Both the position numbers and the translations under genes were made by a program. The notes below the pieces were generated by a model, which made no database searches, had not been told where the DNA came from, and worked only from the letters and a program-made list of their open reading frames with translations. Positions 1-9,734 of a stretch of DNA of 64,000 nucleotides are shown piece after piece. The DNA is from an uncultured delta proteobacterium (GTDB taxonomy: Bacteria; Desulfobacterota; Binatia; UBA9968): contig CAVSHR010000012.1 of the NCBI GenBank assembly GCA_963727625.1, forward strand, positions 160,001-224,000, in the 5' to 3' direction. Each line of letters begins with the position of its first letter. Positions within the stretch are counted from its first letter, which is position 1.

Positions 1-240
1 GGACACCCGGAGCACGATGGGTTTGTTCGCCTTGGGATCGACCGACGTGCGCAGCACGCCGCGCGTGAGCATGATCGAATCCGCGAAGGGCATCAGTGGC
101 TCGATGGTCTTGCGCGGCTCTTCCAAACCGCTGGTGGGGCCGAGAAAGTAACCATGATCGACCGCGAGCATAACCGCCCGGCCGTCTTCCGGCTTGATGA
201 TTCTCGCCAAACGATTCGCCATTCCCCAATTTATCGACAT
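1..240 (-). CDS. lsrF: LsrF-type class I aldolase/thiolase (3-hydroxy-5-phosphonooxypentane-2,4-dione thiolase), 5' part only, runs off window
   Basis: Manual translation from ATG at 240: MSINWGMANRLARIIKPEDGRAVMLAVDHGYFLGPTSGLE...MLTRGVLRTSVDP...PIVLRVS, matching the LsrF N-terminus; GGAGG RBS upstream. Not in the ORF track. Confidence 0.8.
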   Translation of the reverse strand, partial: MSINWGMANRLARIIKPEDGRAVMLAVDHGYFLGPTSGLEEPRKTIEPLMPFADSIMLTRGVLRTSVDPKANKPIVLRVS

Positions 241-379
241 AGTCGCCTCCTTGACTGAGATTAGCTTTGGGCTCGAAACTATCAAAAAAACCCGGCCTTG
301 TGAACCTTGGAACGTACTCGTTTGACAGCCAAAGCGGCAAATTGCTAGGTTGCAGGCAAATCAACTTGTGGGAGGGCGT

Positions 380-802
380 ATGTCGATTGAAGTCATGGAT
401 ATGATGAAAATGGCCCGCGAAGAGGGCAAGCGCAAAGTGATCTTCAACACGAACCGTTTTCACGCCTGGTTGCATGTCTATCCCGCGCCAGGCGACAAAG
501 ACGACATGCATTGCCACAATGCAGATCAAACCTTTTACGTGATCGACGGCGAATGCACGATGCATTTTCCCGACGGTGGCAACGCAGTGCTGACGCCCGG
601 AATGGTCGCAACCATCACCGGCGGATCCTTCTACCAACTGGAGAACACCGGCAGCGGACCGATGGTGCTGATGGGCAATCGCTCAGGACCTTCGGAAGCG
701 ATTCAGCACATCAACCACGAGCTGCGCAAGGATATTAAAAAGCTGCCGCGCGAAGAGATGGAGCAAATCCGTCATCCCGGCAACGTCCGAATCTCAGAGT
801 AA
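380..802 (+). CDS. cupin domain protein
   Basis: HCH...DQTFYVIDGE cupin motif 1; GGAGG RBS before ATG 380. Confidence 0.75.
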   Translation: MSIEVMDMMKMAREEGKRKVIFNTNRFHAWLHVYPAPGDKDDMHCHNADQTFYVIDGECTMHFPDGGNAVLTPGMVATITGGSFYQLENTGSGPMVLMGNRSGPSEAIQHINHELRKDIKKLPREEMEQIRHPGNVRISE

Positions 803-824
803 GCGACTTTTCGCCGGGCGGCGC

Positions 825-1706
825 TCACGGCGTCTTACGTCCAGGCGCGCTGGTTCGTTGCAGCATGGGCCATAGATAACGCACGCCGAGTCCGGCGAGA
901 ATCAAACCGCCGCCGGTCAGGGTCGCAACCGTTGGGATCTCGCCCACCGCCGCCGCCACCCACAAGGGATTGAGCACAGGCTCGATCAAAGCGATCAGTG
1001 AAGCTTCGACTACGGGCAATCTCTGCAATCCTTTCGAAAAAAGGAAATAAGGCAACCCGAGCTGAACCGCGCCCATGACGGCGAGAATCCCGAACTGGCT
1101 CGGGGTGAGCGCCAGATGCGACTTGACTGCGAACAATAATAACAGGGCGCACACGGCGTTGTTGACCCAGGTGAGATAGACCGGGGTCACCTGCCGCGTG
1201 CGCGGCAGATTGATCATATAGGCGGCAAAGAGCACGCCGCTAAGGAGCGCGAGCAGGACCCCGGCCATTTCGGGCTGCCCGGCGCTGTCCAGAGAAATAA
1301 TCACCACGCCCGACATGCCGGCCAAAAGAGCCAAGCCGTTCAGCCGTGAAATCCGTTCTCGCCGCACCACCCGAAAAAACAGAAAAACAAAAATCGGCGC
1401 AGTGTACTGCAGCACGATCGCGTTTGCCGCAGTGGTAAGCTTATTGGCGGAGACAAAGGCGCTGATCGCCGCCGTGTAAGTAAAAACGGAAACCAGCACT
1501 GCGCCATTGATCCGCGCGTCAGCGCGGCCCACGAAAGGCGTAAACACCAAGCAGGCAAACAAACTTCGGTAGAAAACGATGGTCAGCGGCGGCACCTCGA
1601 GGAATTTGATAAAGACTCCGGCCAAGCTCCACAAGAACGCCGCCGAGAGAATCAGCAGCCGACCGCGGAAAATTTCGGAGTGCTTAGGAACAAGGGTTAC
1701 GGCCAT
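825..1706 (-). CDS. DMT/EamA family transporter
   Basis: About 10 hydrophobic segments; LQYTAP and IEPVLNPLW motifs; start codon uncertain. Confidence 0.85.
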   Translation of the reverse strand: MAVTLVPKHSEIFRGRLLILSAAFLWSLAGVFIKFLEVPPLTIVFYRSLFACLVFTPFVGRADARINGAVLVSVFTYTAAISAFVSANKLTTAANAIVLQYTAPIFVFLFFRVVRRERISRLNGLALLAGMSGVVIISLDSAGQPEMAGVLLALLSGVLFAAYMINLPRTRQVTPVYLTWVNNAVCALLLLFAVKSHLALTPSQFGILAVMGAVQLGLPYFLFSKGLQRLPVVEASLIALIEPVLNPLWVAAAVGEIPTVATLTGGGLILAGLGVRYLWPMLQRTSAPGRKTP

Positions 1707-1802
1707 GATCTTTGGCGCGCCGAGGGTGAACGGCAGAGTAGCAAGGCGCCTTCCCGTCCGCAATCAAGCGAGCTGGACGACGAACAACCTCGCGAAGAAA
1801 AC

Positions 1803-1839
1803 AAAAGTGGGATGAGAGCTCTCGCCCTCATCCCACTTT
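1803..1839 (-). terminator. intrinsic terminator after rplI
   Basis: Inverted repeat AAAGTGGGATGAG...CTCATCCCACTTT followed by a T-run on the minus strand. Confidence 0.75.
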
Positions 1840-1882
1840 CACAAACTGGAAATATTTTCGAGCGCTTTAAAACCGTTCGAGA

Positions 1883-2329
1883 CTAGCTTTCGGACACCAC
1901 GGAAACTTTGAGCGACACGGTAAGATCGGCCGAAAGCCGCACCGGAACCTCGTGATCGCCGGCTACCTTGATCGGTTCGTTCAAGTGGATCTTGCGCCGG
2001 TCGACGGCCATCCCCTTGGCCTTGAGCGCTTTTTCGATCTGCATACTGGTCACCGAGCCGAAGAGCTTGCCTTCCTCGCCGACTTTCATCGAAATCACCA
2101 GCGACACGGTAGCCAATTGATCGGCGACGGACTGCGCCTGCCTGAGAATTTTTTGCTTCTGCTCGTTCACCACTTTTTTTTGGTGCTCGAAGGTTTTGAG
2201 GTTTTTTTTGTTGGCGGCTAGCACAAGGCCGCGCGGCAGCAGATAGTTGCGCGCGTAGCCGTCACGCACCCGCACCAACTCACCGATCTTCCCCAAGGTC
2301 GCGATATCTTCTTTTAAAATAACTTCCAT
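1883..2329 (-). CDS. rplI: 50S ribosomal protein L9
   Basis: MEVIL..LGKIG..VRDGYARNYLLP; GKLFGSVT. Confidence 0.97.
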   Translation of the reverse strand: MEVILKEDIATLGKIGELVRVRDGYARNYLLPRGLVLAANKKNLKTFEHQKKVVNEQKQKILRQAQSVADQLATVSLVISMKVGEEGKLFGSVTSMQIEKALKAKGMAVDRRKIHLNEPIKVAGDHEVPVRLSADLTVSLKVSVVSES

Positions 2330-2339
2330 AAAGCCTCCG

Positions 2340-3293
2340 TCACGATACTTGGCTCGGCGTGAGGTTGTCTTTGCCCAACCGGCGAAAATTCCCCCACAGG
2401 TCGAACAAACCCAGCCCCATCACCAGCAGCGTAAAAATTTGTTGAAAAATAATTAACACATAGGTCAGACCGCGCAAAAACCGCGGGACGTTGTTCTTGT
2501 GAAAAAAAAAGGCGATCACCGCGAGCCCTTGCGCGAAGTAACAGGCGCTGATCGCCAGCAAAACGTTCAACGCCGCCACGCGTAAGACACCCAGCCCTGG
2601 CACAAACAGCGCGAAGCCGCAGGCGATCAAACCCCATACCAGTGGCTCCGGCGCTTGCCATTCGCGCAACACTCGAAGCGAAAACCATTGATCGCGCCGC
2701 TCGGGGAAACGGCGGCCAAGATAAAGAATATTGATCAACACGATGAATGCGAAGCTCAAGAACAGCAACGCGGGCAACAAGCGCACCACCATTTCGACGA
2801 TTTGCGGCGCTTGCTGCTTGAGTGTATCGAGGCTTTCTTGAGACAAGCCCATTTTTTCCTGCATCTGCATCGCCGAAGCAATCTGCTGGCTTAGCCCGTC
2901 GCGGAGATCCCGCAAGAGCACGGCCCAGGAACCGAAAAAATAATACGACAAACCCGCCGCCATCGTCAGCATGACCGCGGCGATGCCGCCGACCAAATAC
3001 TCGATCGCGCGAATCCGACCTAACGCTCCAAATATCAAACCTGCCATGACGGCAAATAGGCCGTAAATAAACGCCAGCTCTTCGCCGGCGAACAGAAGAA
3101 AAAGCAATAACGCGACGCCGAACACGGCGAGGCCGCTAGTGATGCCAAATTTGAAGCCGAACAACAGCACCGGTTGGGCCACAAAGGGCAACAGCAACGC
3201 GCCAAGCGGAGGCAAGCTAACGCCCCCCATAAACAAAAAAACGCTAGAAGCCAATGCTAAAAAAAACCTGCTGATGACTTCCAACCGCTGCAT
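2340..3293 (-). CDS. DUF2232/YybS family membrane protein
   Basis: Polytopic protein with C-terminal GLFD.W.NFR motif; typical position between rpsR and rplI. Confidence 0.85.
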   Translation of the reverse strand: MQRLEVISRFFLALASSVFLFMGGVSLPPLGALLLPFVAQPVLLFGFKFGITSGLAVFGVALLLFLLFAGEELAFIYGLFAVMAGLIFGALGRIRAIEYLVGGIAAVMLTMAAGLSYYFFGSWAVLLRDLRDGLSQQIASAMQMQEKMGLSQESLDTLKQQAPQIVEMVVRLLPALLFLSFAFIVLINILYLGRRFPERRDQWFSLRVLREWQAPEPLVWGLIACGFALFVPGLGVLRVAALNVLLAISACYFAQGLAVIAFFFHKNNVPRFLRGLTYVLIIFQQIFTLLVMGLGLFDLWGNFRRLGKDNLTPSQVS

Positions 3294-3316
3294 GAATCTT
3301 GTCCAGAGAAAAACGA

Positions 3317-3610
3317 TTAATTCTTGGCGGTGGTGAAGGGGAGCAGAGCCACACTGCGCGCGCGCTTAACGGCAGTGGTCAGCAATCGCTGATGGCGGGC
3401 GCAGTTTCCCGTGATTCGGCTCGGCGTCATCTTGCCCCGCTCGGTAACAAATTGAATTATCGTTCTAAGGTCTTTGTAATCGATCCGAAGGGTTTTGTCG
3501 GCGCAAAAACGGCATACCTTGCGGCGAAACATTGGCCGGCGCCGCGGCCCACCTCTATCGTCGTCTGATCTTTCTCGGTAGGGCCTCGGGCTTCTTTCCA
3601 TTTGTGCCAT
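3317..3610 (-). CDS. rpsR: 30S ribosomal protein S18 (Zn-binding Cys form)
   Basis: CRFC..IDYKD..ERGK..PSRITG.CARHQR. Confidence 0.97.
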   Translation of the reverse strand: MAQMERSPRPYRERSDDDRGGPRRRPMFRRKVCRFCADKTLRIDYKDLRTIIQFVTERGKMTPSRITGNCARHQRLLTTAVKRARSVALLPFTTAKN

Positions 3611-3653
3611 TGTTTGAACTACCTCTTTCTCCAGGTTTTGCTATGAGCGACCT

Positions 3654-4025
3654 TCAGCCGTGATCGGCGTCTTTCTCCGTCTCGGAGGAATTCGGACCGC
3701 TGCGACTTAGAAACTGAACCGTGTTGGCAATGACCTCGTGCTTGCTGCGCCGATTGCCTTCAGGAGTTTCCCAGCGTCTCTGACTCAACCTGCCATCGAC
3801 CAGCACTTGCGCGCCCTTTTGCAGCAGGTTTTTGCTACGCTCGCCAACTCGACCGAAGGCGACAATATCGATGAAACAAACTTCTTCTTTTACCTCATCA
3901 TTCAAACGATATCGGTGATTTACCGCTAGCGGAAATTCACATACCGCTAATCCCACCGGGGTATAGCGAAGCTCAGGATCCCGGGTTAAATTCCCCAACA
4001 GGATGACCTTGTTATATTCTCCCAT
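3654..4025 (-). CDS. ssb: single-stranded DNA-binding protein, short form without acidic IPF tail
   Basis: NKVILLGNLTRDPELRYTP OB-fold; located between rpsF and rpsR. Confidence 0.88.
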   Translation of the reverse strand: MGEYNKVILLGNLTRDPELRYTPVGLAVCEFPLAVNHRYRLNDEVKEEVCFIDIVAFGRVGERSKNLLQKGAQVLVDGRLSQRRWETPEGNRRSKHEVIANTVQFLSRSGPNSSETEKDADHG

Positions 4026-4052
4026 GGGGCGCTATCCAGGAGCATCGGGCCG

Positions 4053-4433
4053 CTATACCGGAGTTTCGGATTTCGCGCTATCTCCCGCCGGCGAAGGGTG
4101 CGCCTCTTCGCTCTGCGCTTTTGCCGCGGCAGAATCAGCGGCGACACTCTCCTCATCGGCCCGCACCGTCAAGTAACGCAGGATGCCGTCGGTTAGCTTG
4201 AGGTTACGTTCCAATTCCTCGACCCCTCGTCCCGAAGCGCGGTAGCGCAGCAGCGTGTAATAACCTCTGCTCTGCTTTTCAATCCGATAGGCGAGATCGC
4301 GGACGCCCCATTCATCGACCTGAGTTAGGCTGCCTTCTTGGCCCTCGATGACCTTCTTAAACTTCTCGATGAACTCTTTCATCCGCAGTCCCTTCTCCGG
4401 GTGAACCACAAAAAGGGTTTCATATAGAGTCAC
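4053..4433 (-). CDS. rpsF: 30S ribosomal protein S6
   Basis: YET.F...P; WG.R.LAY.I.K...GYY; GTG start. Confidence 0.95.
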   Translation of the reverse strand: MTLYETLFVVHPEKGLRMKEFIEKFKKVIEGQEGSLTQVDEWGVRDLAYRIEKQSRGYYTLLRYRASGRGVEELERNLKLTDGILRYLTVRADEESVAADSAAAKAQSEEAHPSPAGDSAKSETPV

Positions 4434-4504
4434 AGGTTATTACCCCCACAATAAATTTCGTTCTTTAACATAGACCCTGCCGGTTTACAATGCGATGGCC
4501 CGGA

Positions 4505-5071
4505 TCAGCTGACCCGGTTATATTGTGCCATTGCCCGTTCCGGTCCCTGCCGTACCAGACAGATGACGGATTCGGCGGCGCGATCAACTAACTCTTTCAA
4601 TTGCTCTCGCTCCTGTTTGCTGAACGGTTCCAGGACGTAGTCTGCGGCGTCGATACCTGAAGGCGGCCGCCCAATGCCAACCCTGACGCGCTGAAAAGGT
4701 ACTCCAGCCAAGCTCTCCATGATGGAGATGAGACCACGATGGCCACCGGCGCCGCCGCTCGGACGTATTCGAATTCGACCGAAGGGCAAATCAAGGTCAT
4801 CGTTGATCACCACCAGGGCATCAGCCCCAACTCTATATTCTCGGCCCAAGTCCGCGACCGCCAAGCCGCTTCGGTTCATGAAAGTTTGCGGTTTGGCCAG
4901 AACGATTTTTTCCCCATCCACCGTTCCTTCGCCCACCAAGGCGTTGCATAGTTGTTTGCCGACAGAAATGCCCTTTTGCAACGCGATCCGGTCGATGACC
5001 CAAAAACCCACGTTATGCCGCGTCTCCGAATATTTTTTGCCGGGATTGCCGAGACCGACGATCAACTTCAC
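4505..5071 (-). CDS. pth: peptidyl-tRNA hydrolase
   Basis: LIVGLGNPG..Y..TRHNVGF; KPQTFMN.SG; DDLDLP.G. Confidence 0.97.
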   Translation of the reverse strand: MKLIVGLGNPGKKYSETRHNVGFWVIDRIALQKGISVGKQLCNALVGEGTVDGEKIVLAKPQTFMNRSGLAVADLGREYRVGADALVVINDDLDLPFGRIRIRPSGGAGGHRGLISIMESLAGVPFQRVRVGIGRPPSGIDAADYVLEPFSKQEREQLKELVDRAAESVICLVRQGPERAMAQYNRVS

Positions 5072-5106
5072 GAATCGATACCCGCAAGGCCGGACAATGC
5101 GTGTGT

Positions 5107-5760
5107 TTAGTCCTCACTCTCCTTTTTTGCTTCGGGTTCCGTAGCGACCGCTTCAACAACACCCTCTGCCGGCACCGCAGCCGCTGCCGGAGCCTCCTCG
5201 ACGGTCGGCGGCACGACGGCGACTAACGCCATATTCGACTCAGAGACTGCGGTAACGCCGTCAGGCATCGCCAGTTCCTCGATATGCACGGAATCACCGA
5301 TGTCTAGTCCGCTTACGTCGACGTTGAAAAACTGGGGGATGTCAAGCGGCAAGCACTCGACCTCGACCTCACGGACGATCGGTTGGAGAATGCCGCCGCG
5401 CACCACGCCGGCCGCTTTTCCGATGAAGTGTAGCGGCACGTTGACCGTGATCGTGGCGGTCAAATCGACTTCGTAGAGATCGGCGTGAATCACGTCGCCG
5501 TTGATCGGGTGGTACTGCATCTCTTTTACCAAAGCCACCTTATCAGCGAGGGCCGTCGATTGCGATTTTAAACGCACCAGATGCGAGCCTTCCAACCCGG
5601 CCACCCGGCTGGAAAAATCTCGTTTGTCCAATTCCAACGCCAGCGCCTCGGTTTTCGGGCCGTAGAGAATCGCGGGGATCTTGCCGCTGCGCAGCAATCG
5701 CTTGGCGTCGCGTTTACGCTTCTTGTCGCGGGCGTCGACTTGTATTTCTAGAGTTTCCAA
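5107..5760 (-). CDS. rplY: 50S ribosomal protein L25/Ctc
   Basis: G.IPAILYG; QYHP....IH.D; long Ctc-type C-terminus; TTG start with GGAGG RBS. Confidence 0.95.
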   Translation of the reverse strand: METLEIQVDARDKKRKRDAKRLLRSGKIPAILYGPKTEALALELDKRDFSSRVAGLEGSHLVRLKSQSTALADKVALVKEMQYHPINGDVIHADLYEVDLTATITVNVPLHFIGKAAGVVRGGILQPIVREVEVECLPLDIPQFFNVDVSGLDIGDSVHIEELAMPDGVTAVSESNMALVAVVPPTVEEAPAAAAVPAEGVVEAVATEPEAKKESED

Positions 5761-5779
5761 AGAAACCTACCTCCTCATA

Positions 5780-6733
5780 CTAAACGAATAATGAACTGAT
5801 GGATTCTTCTTCGTGGGTGCGGCGGATCGCCTCACCGATCAGATGCGCCACCGACAACGATTTGATTTTCCTGCAGCCCTGCGCCTGGGGACCGAGCGGA
5901 ATGGTATTGGTAACGATCAGCTCTTCGAGCGGGCATTCTTCGATACGCTTGATCGCCGGGCCGGAAAGAACCGGATGAGTGCAGCAACCGAGGATTCTTT
6001 TGGCGCCTTCTTTTTGCAGCGCTTCGGCAGCCATCGTCAAGGTCCCCGCGGTATCGATCATATCGTCGATTAAGATCGCCACGTGATCTTTGACGTCACC
6101 GATAATGTTCATCTCGGCGACGACATTGGGCCCCACCCGGCGTTTATCGATGATGGCGAGGGAGGCCTTCAAACGCGTCGCAATTGCGCGGGCGCGCTCG
6201 ACGCCGCCCGCGTCCGGCGAGACGATGGTGACTTCGTTGTGATTTAACTGCTTCTTCAAATACTCCAACAACACCGGCGTGGCGTAGACGTTGTCGACCG
6301 GAATGTTGAAAAAACCCTGAATCTGCCCGGAATGGAGGTCCATGGTCAACATGCGCGACGCGCCCGCGGTGGTAATCAAATCGGCCACCAACTTGGCGCT
6401 GATCGGCACCCGTGGAATCACTTTGCGGTCTTGGCGGGCATAACCGTAATAGGGAATGACGGCGGTGATGCGCATTGCCGAGGCGCGCTTGAACGCGTCC
6501 AACATCAGGAGCAGCTCCATCAAATTGTTGTTTCCCGGCGCCGAAGTCGATTGCAAGACAAACACATCGGCGCCGCGGACGTTCTCCTTGATCTCGACCT
6601 TGCTCTCCCCGTCGCTAAAGGTTTCCACAACGGCTCTGCCCAGCGGCACCTTGAGATACTGGCTGATCGCCGCCGCCAAGGGCGGGTTGGAGTTGCCCGC
6701 GAATATTTTGAGTTCCGCGCTATGTTGAGCCAT
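5780..6733 (-). CDS. prs: ribose-phosphate pyrophosphokinase
   Basis: FSDGE; [10 protein letters not shown]; [11 protein letters not shown]; VSPDAGG; DDMIDTAGT. Confidence 0.98.
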   Translation of the reverse strand: MAQHSAELKIFAGNSNPPLAAAISQYLKVPLGRAVVETFSDGESKVEIKENVRGADVFVLQSTSAPGNNNLMELLLMLDAFKRASAMRITAVIPYYGYARQDRKVIPRVPISAKLVADLITTAGASRMLTMDLHSGQIQGFFNIPVDNVYATPVLLEYLKKQLNHNEVTIVSPDAGGVERARAIATRLKASLAIIDKRRVGPNVVAEMNIIGDVKDHVAILIDDMIDTAGTLTMAAEALQKEGAKRILGCCTHPVLSGPAIKRIEECPLEELIVTNTIPLGPQAQGCRKIKSLSVAHLIGEAIRRTHEEESISSLFV

Positions 6734-6939
6734 CGGTTTCGGCGCCTTTTAGTTTCGAAGCTCTGTCGATTGAGATGTGAACGTTCTTCAACGGTTACCT
6801 CTAAGCTTAAGCTCCGTTATGTACCGAAGGCGGCTCTCATACGCGCTTCGCGAAAACAACGAGCGCCGTTCTACCCTGAACGGCGCTGTCTGAGATCTAT
6901 CAATTCCTTAAAGCCTGTGCCAGGACATTTTCATGAAAC

Positions 6940-7013
6940 TGGCTGGGCGGGAAGGATTCGAACCTTCGATACCGGCTCCAAAGGCCGGGGCCTTACCGCT
7001 TGGCGACCGCCCA
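6940..7013 (-). tRNA. tRNA-Gln(UUG)
   Basis: Reverse complement TGGGCGGTCGCCAAGCGGTAAGGCCCCGGCCTTTGGAGCCGGTATCGAAGGTTCGAATCCTTCCCGCCCAGCCA folds as a cloverleaf; anticodon TTG; encoded CCA; conserved ispE-tRNA-Gln-prs synteny. Confidence 0.96.
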
Positions 7014-7062
7014 TCCCTGAACTTCTCCTGGAGAAATTCATCCGGCCGCGCGGGATCACGGT

Positions 7063-7350
7063 TCAGTCATCGTCGAGCCCTTTTGTGTTGCCGCTCTCGG
7101 CGAGAACCTTTTGATACTCCGCGATGATTTTTTCCTCGATCATCCGTCTTGTCTCATTATTGATCGGATGAGCGATGTCTTTATAGGTTCCGTCCTTGCG
7201 TTTTTTGCTGGGCATCGAGACGAAATACCCAGTGGCACCATGGATAACTTTCAGATCCCGGATCACAAAGCAATGATCCAGGGTGATCGTAACATAAGCC
7301 CTTAGTTTATCCTCATCGACAGGAAAGACCCTAACCTCGGTGACCTGCAT
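7063..7350 (-). CDS. spoVG: SpoVG family nucleic-acid-binding protein
   Basis: MQVTEVRV..LRAY..ITLD..FVI.DLKVI.G..G.FVSMPS..KDG.YKDIAHPIN. Confidence 0.93.
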   Translation of the reverse strand: MQVTEVRVFPVDEDKLRAYVTITLDHCFVIRDLKVIHGATGYFVSMPSKKRKDGTYKDIAHPINNETRRMIEEKIIAEYQKVLAESGNTKGLDDD

Positions 7351-7418
7351 AGGGACCCCCAATTGACACGAGCCAGATGTTTAGCTGGCGGCTACTATAG
7401 GCTTCTCAGCTTGTTCGC

Positions 7419-8288
7419 TTACCTCAACATATGTACCAAAAACGCTTGGACCCCCTCCTCTTTCCGCAACCAGCGATACCCGGCTCGCGCCGCTCGCTGC
7501 GATTTAAATATACCGAACACTGACGAACCGCTGCCAGACATTAAAACTCGCGCCGCTCCTTCGCGCAATAACCCTTCTTTTAAACACCCTATCTCAGGAT
7601 ATCTTTTGAGGGTCACACTTTCTAGGTCGTTAACCAGCAGGCTCGTAAGCTCGTCGAAATTTTTCGGCGGATTGGCAATGCTAGTATTTACAATGGGTTT
7701 TGTCAACTTTGTTCGCAGCTTGCGGTACGCCCATGCGGTCGAGACCGGAAAACCGGGAAAGCCGATTACCGCCCAAAAATAGGGCAACCCGCGCAGCGGC
7801 TGAAGCCGCTCACCGATACCGCGAGCGCGCGCTGGTCGGCAGCGAATGAAAAACGGCACATCCGCGCCCAGGGATAACGCGATTTTTTCCAGCGCCGGCA
7901 GCGACAATCTCAAATTGAGCAGGCGATTGATGGCCCGTAAAGTCGCTGCTGCATCACTGCTGCCGCCGCCTAAACCGGCACCGACCGGAATGCGCTTACG
8001 GATGTTAATGCGCACCGGCTGCAACTTACCGCGCTTTTCCAAGATTCGTTGCGCGGCGCGATAAACAATATTCTCTTTACCCAGCGGCACATCGGGATGA
8101 TTGCAACTGATCCGAATCAGCTCTTCGGCTTGAACTCGCCCGCCGGTAGGCCGGCGCTGCTTGCGAATTTCGATATCGTCGTAAAGCGATACCGGCACCA
8201 TGACGCTGTCGATCAGATGGTAACCATCGGCGCGCCGCCCGACCACCCGCAAGCTCAGATTGATTTTCGCCGGCGCTCGAATCTTCAC
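7419..8288 (-). CDS. ispE: 4-(cytidine 5'-diphospho)-2-C-methyl-D-erythritol kinase
   Basis: APAKINL.L; KRIPVGAGLGGGSSDAA; LGADVPFF; MSGSGS. Confidence 0.96.
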   Translation of the reverse strand: MKIRAPAKINLSLRVVGRRADGYHLIDSVMVPVSLYDDIEIRKQRRPTGGRVQAEELIRISCNHPDVPLGKENIVYRAAQRILEKRGKLQPVRINIRKRIPVGAGLGGGSSDAAATLRAINRLLNLRLSLPALEKIALSLGADVPFFIRCRPARARGIGERLQPLRGLPYFWAVIGFPGFPVSTAWAYRKLRTKLTKPIVNTSIANPPKNFDELTSLLVNDLESVTLKRYPEIGCLKEGLLREGAARVLMSGSGSSVFGIFKSQRAARAGYRWLRKEEGVQAFLVHMLR

Positions 8289-8338
8289 GGGCCATTAGTT
8301 AACATAGCCCCCATGGGATTGCGAAGGAAGCACCGTCG

Positions 8339-9145
8339 ATGAGCGATAACGTCACCAACTTTCTCGGCGCCGCCTGGGACGCCGCCAACGCCGCCGGCGA
8401 GATCATCCGTGCAAGCTGGCAACAGCCGAGATCGATCGACTACAAAGGCGCGATTGATCTGGTCACGTCCGTGGATCGAGAAGCGGAGCGGAAAATCGTT
8501 GCGTTGCTGCAGTGCGAATTTCCCGACCACGGAATTATAGCCGAAGAAGAAACCGTCATCGAAGGCAAGACCGAAGGGTATCGCTGGATTATCGATCCGC
8601 TGGACGGCACCACCAACTTCGCTCACGGCTATCCCCATGTCGCCGTCTCCATCGCCCTGGAACGATCCGCCGAGGTGATCTTGGGCATGGTTTACGATCC
8701 GCTGCGGCGCGAATGCTTCAGAGCCGTCAAGGGACAAGGCGCCACGCTCAACGGCGCGACGATTCGTACCTCCACCGTCGGTGCGCTAGACAAGGCGCTC
8801 CTCGCTACCGGCTTTCCCTACGACCGCCGGGAGAACGTGGACTATTATCTGGAATTCTTCAAAGCGTTCCTCACCCGCTGCCAAGGAATTCGCCGCAACG
8901 GCGCGGCTGCGCTCGACCTTTGCTACGTGGCAAGCGGAAGAATCGACGGCTTTTGGGAATTAAAACTCAAGCCCTGGGATGTCGCGGCGGGCGCGTTGAT
9001 CGTCGCCGAAGCGGGCGGCTCCGTCAGCAACTTTTCTGGCGCGCCGTTCTCCATTGACGGCAATGAAACCCTAGCGTCGAATGGCAGGATTCACGCTGAG
9101 ATGGTCAATGCGCTCAATTCTGTTGCCGCTCTTCACGTTGACTGA
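8339..9145 (+). CDS. suhB: inositol monophosphatase family protein
   Basis: WIIDPLDGTTNF; WDVAAG..IV.EAGG. Confidence 0.92.
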   Translation: MSDNVTNFLGAAWDAANAAGEIIRASWQQPRSIDYKGAIDLVTSVDREAERKIVALLQCEFPDHGIIAEEETVIEGKTEGYRWIIDPLDGTTNFAHGYPHVAVSIALERSAEVILGMVYDPLRRECFRAVKGQGATLNGATIRTSTVGALDKALLATGFPYDRRENVDYYLEFFKAFLTRCQGIRRNGAAALDLCYVASGRIDGFWELKLKPWDVAAGALIVAEAGGSVSNFSGAPFSIDGNETLASNGRIHAEMVNALNSVAALHVD

Positions 9146-9176
9146 TTGCTGGAGCGATGATAGAAAAACTCTCCAC

Positions 9177-9251
9177 GCGCCCGTAGTGAAAAGGATATCA
9201 CGAGGGTCTCCGGAACCCTAAGTACAGGTTCGATTCCTGTCGGGCGCACCA
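9177..9251 (+). tRNA. tRNA-Arg(CCG)
   Basis: Acceptor GCGCCCG/CGGGCGC; anticodon arm AGGGT-CTCCGGA-ACCCT; T arm ACAGG-TTCGATT-CCTGT; ends ACCA. Confidence 0.95.
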
Positions 9252-9734
9252 TCTCGCTGTAATCTCTGTGTTATGCACGTTTACTGAATCTGCTGGAAAC
9301 CATCGTTCAGATTCAGATTGAACTGATGCGTCTTACAGTTCAATCGTTGTGGCCAAATTCTCTCGGTTTTCAGAGGTAAGTGACGGTTTTTCGCTCGTCG
9401 TGAGTCGCGATTATTTTGGATCGGGAAATTGCGTTCCCTCCATCTCACAAATCCTGTGAAATTAGCCACTAGGACAAACATTGTCGCTTCACTCAACGCA
9501 CAGTTCCTTCGGAATTTTGACCGATGTGCGCATGAACCTGATTTCTCCCTACCGATCCTTGCGCGCTGGCATTCAGACTCAAACGTATCAGAGCAGTAGA
9601 ATCCCTGAGCAAAAATAACCCCGTCGTCGCTTGACCGCGCTGCTCCAGAATTGATATCAGCAACTCTGAGTGCTCTTGCGCGTTCAGGCGTGATACGCTA
9701 CGCGCCACAAATAGCCTTTCAGGGAGACCAATTC

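Noticed and set aside
6907-6922. TGGCAC motif upstream of prs
   Set aside because: The -12 position reads AA rather than GC.
6332-7127. ORFs 6332-7114 and 6933-7127 on the plus strand
   Set aside because: They are antisense to prs and tRNA-Gln; GREGFEPS is the typical translation of a reversed tRNA.
9281-9496. Possible integrase remnant next to the tRNA
   Set aside because: Only a faint resemblance (..TG..R; KNR.LPL) with no catalytic motif set; needs an HMM or tblastn search.
9525-9560. GAACCTGAT as part of a TPP riboswitch before the ThDP enzyme
   Set aside because: The upstream CTGAGA element and flanking helices are missing.
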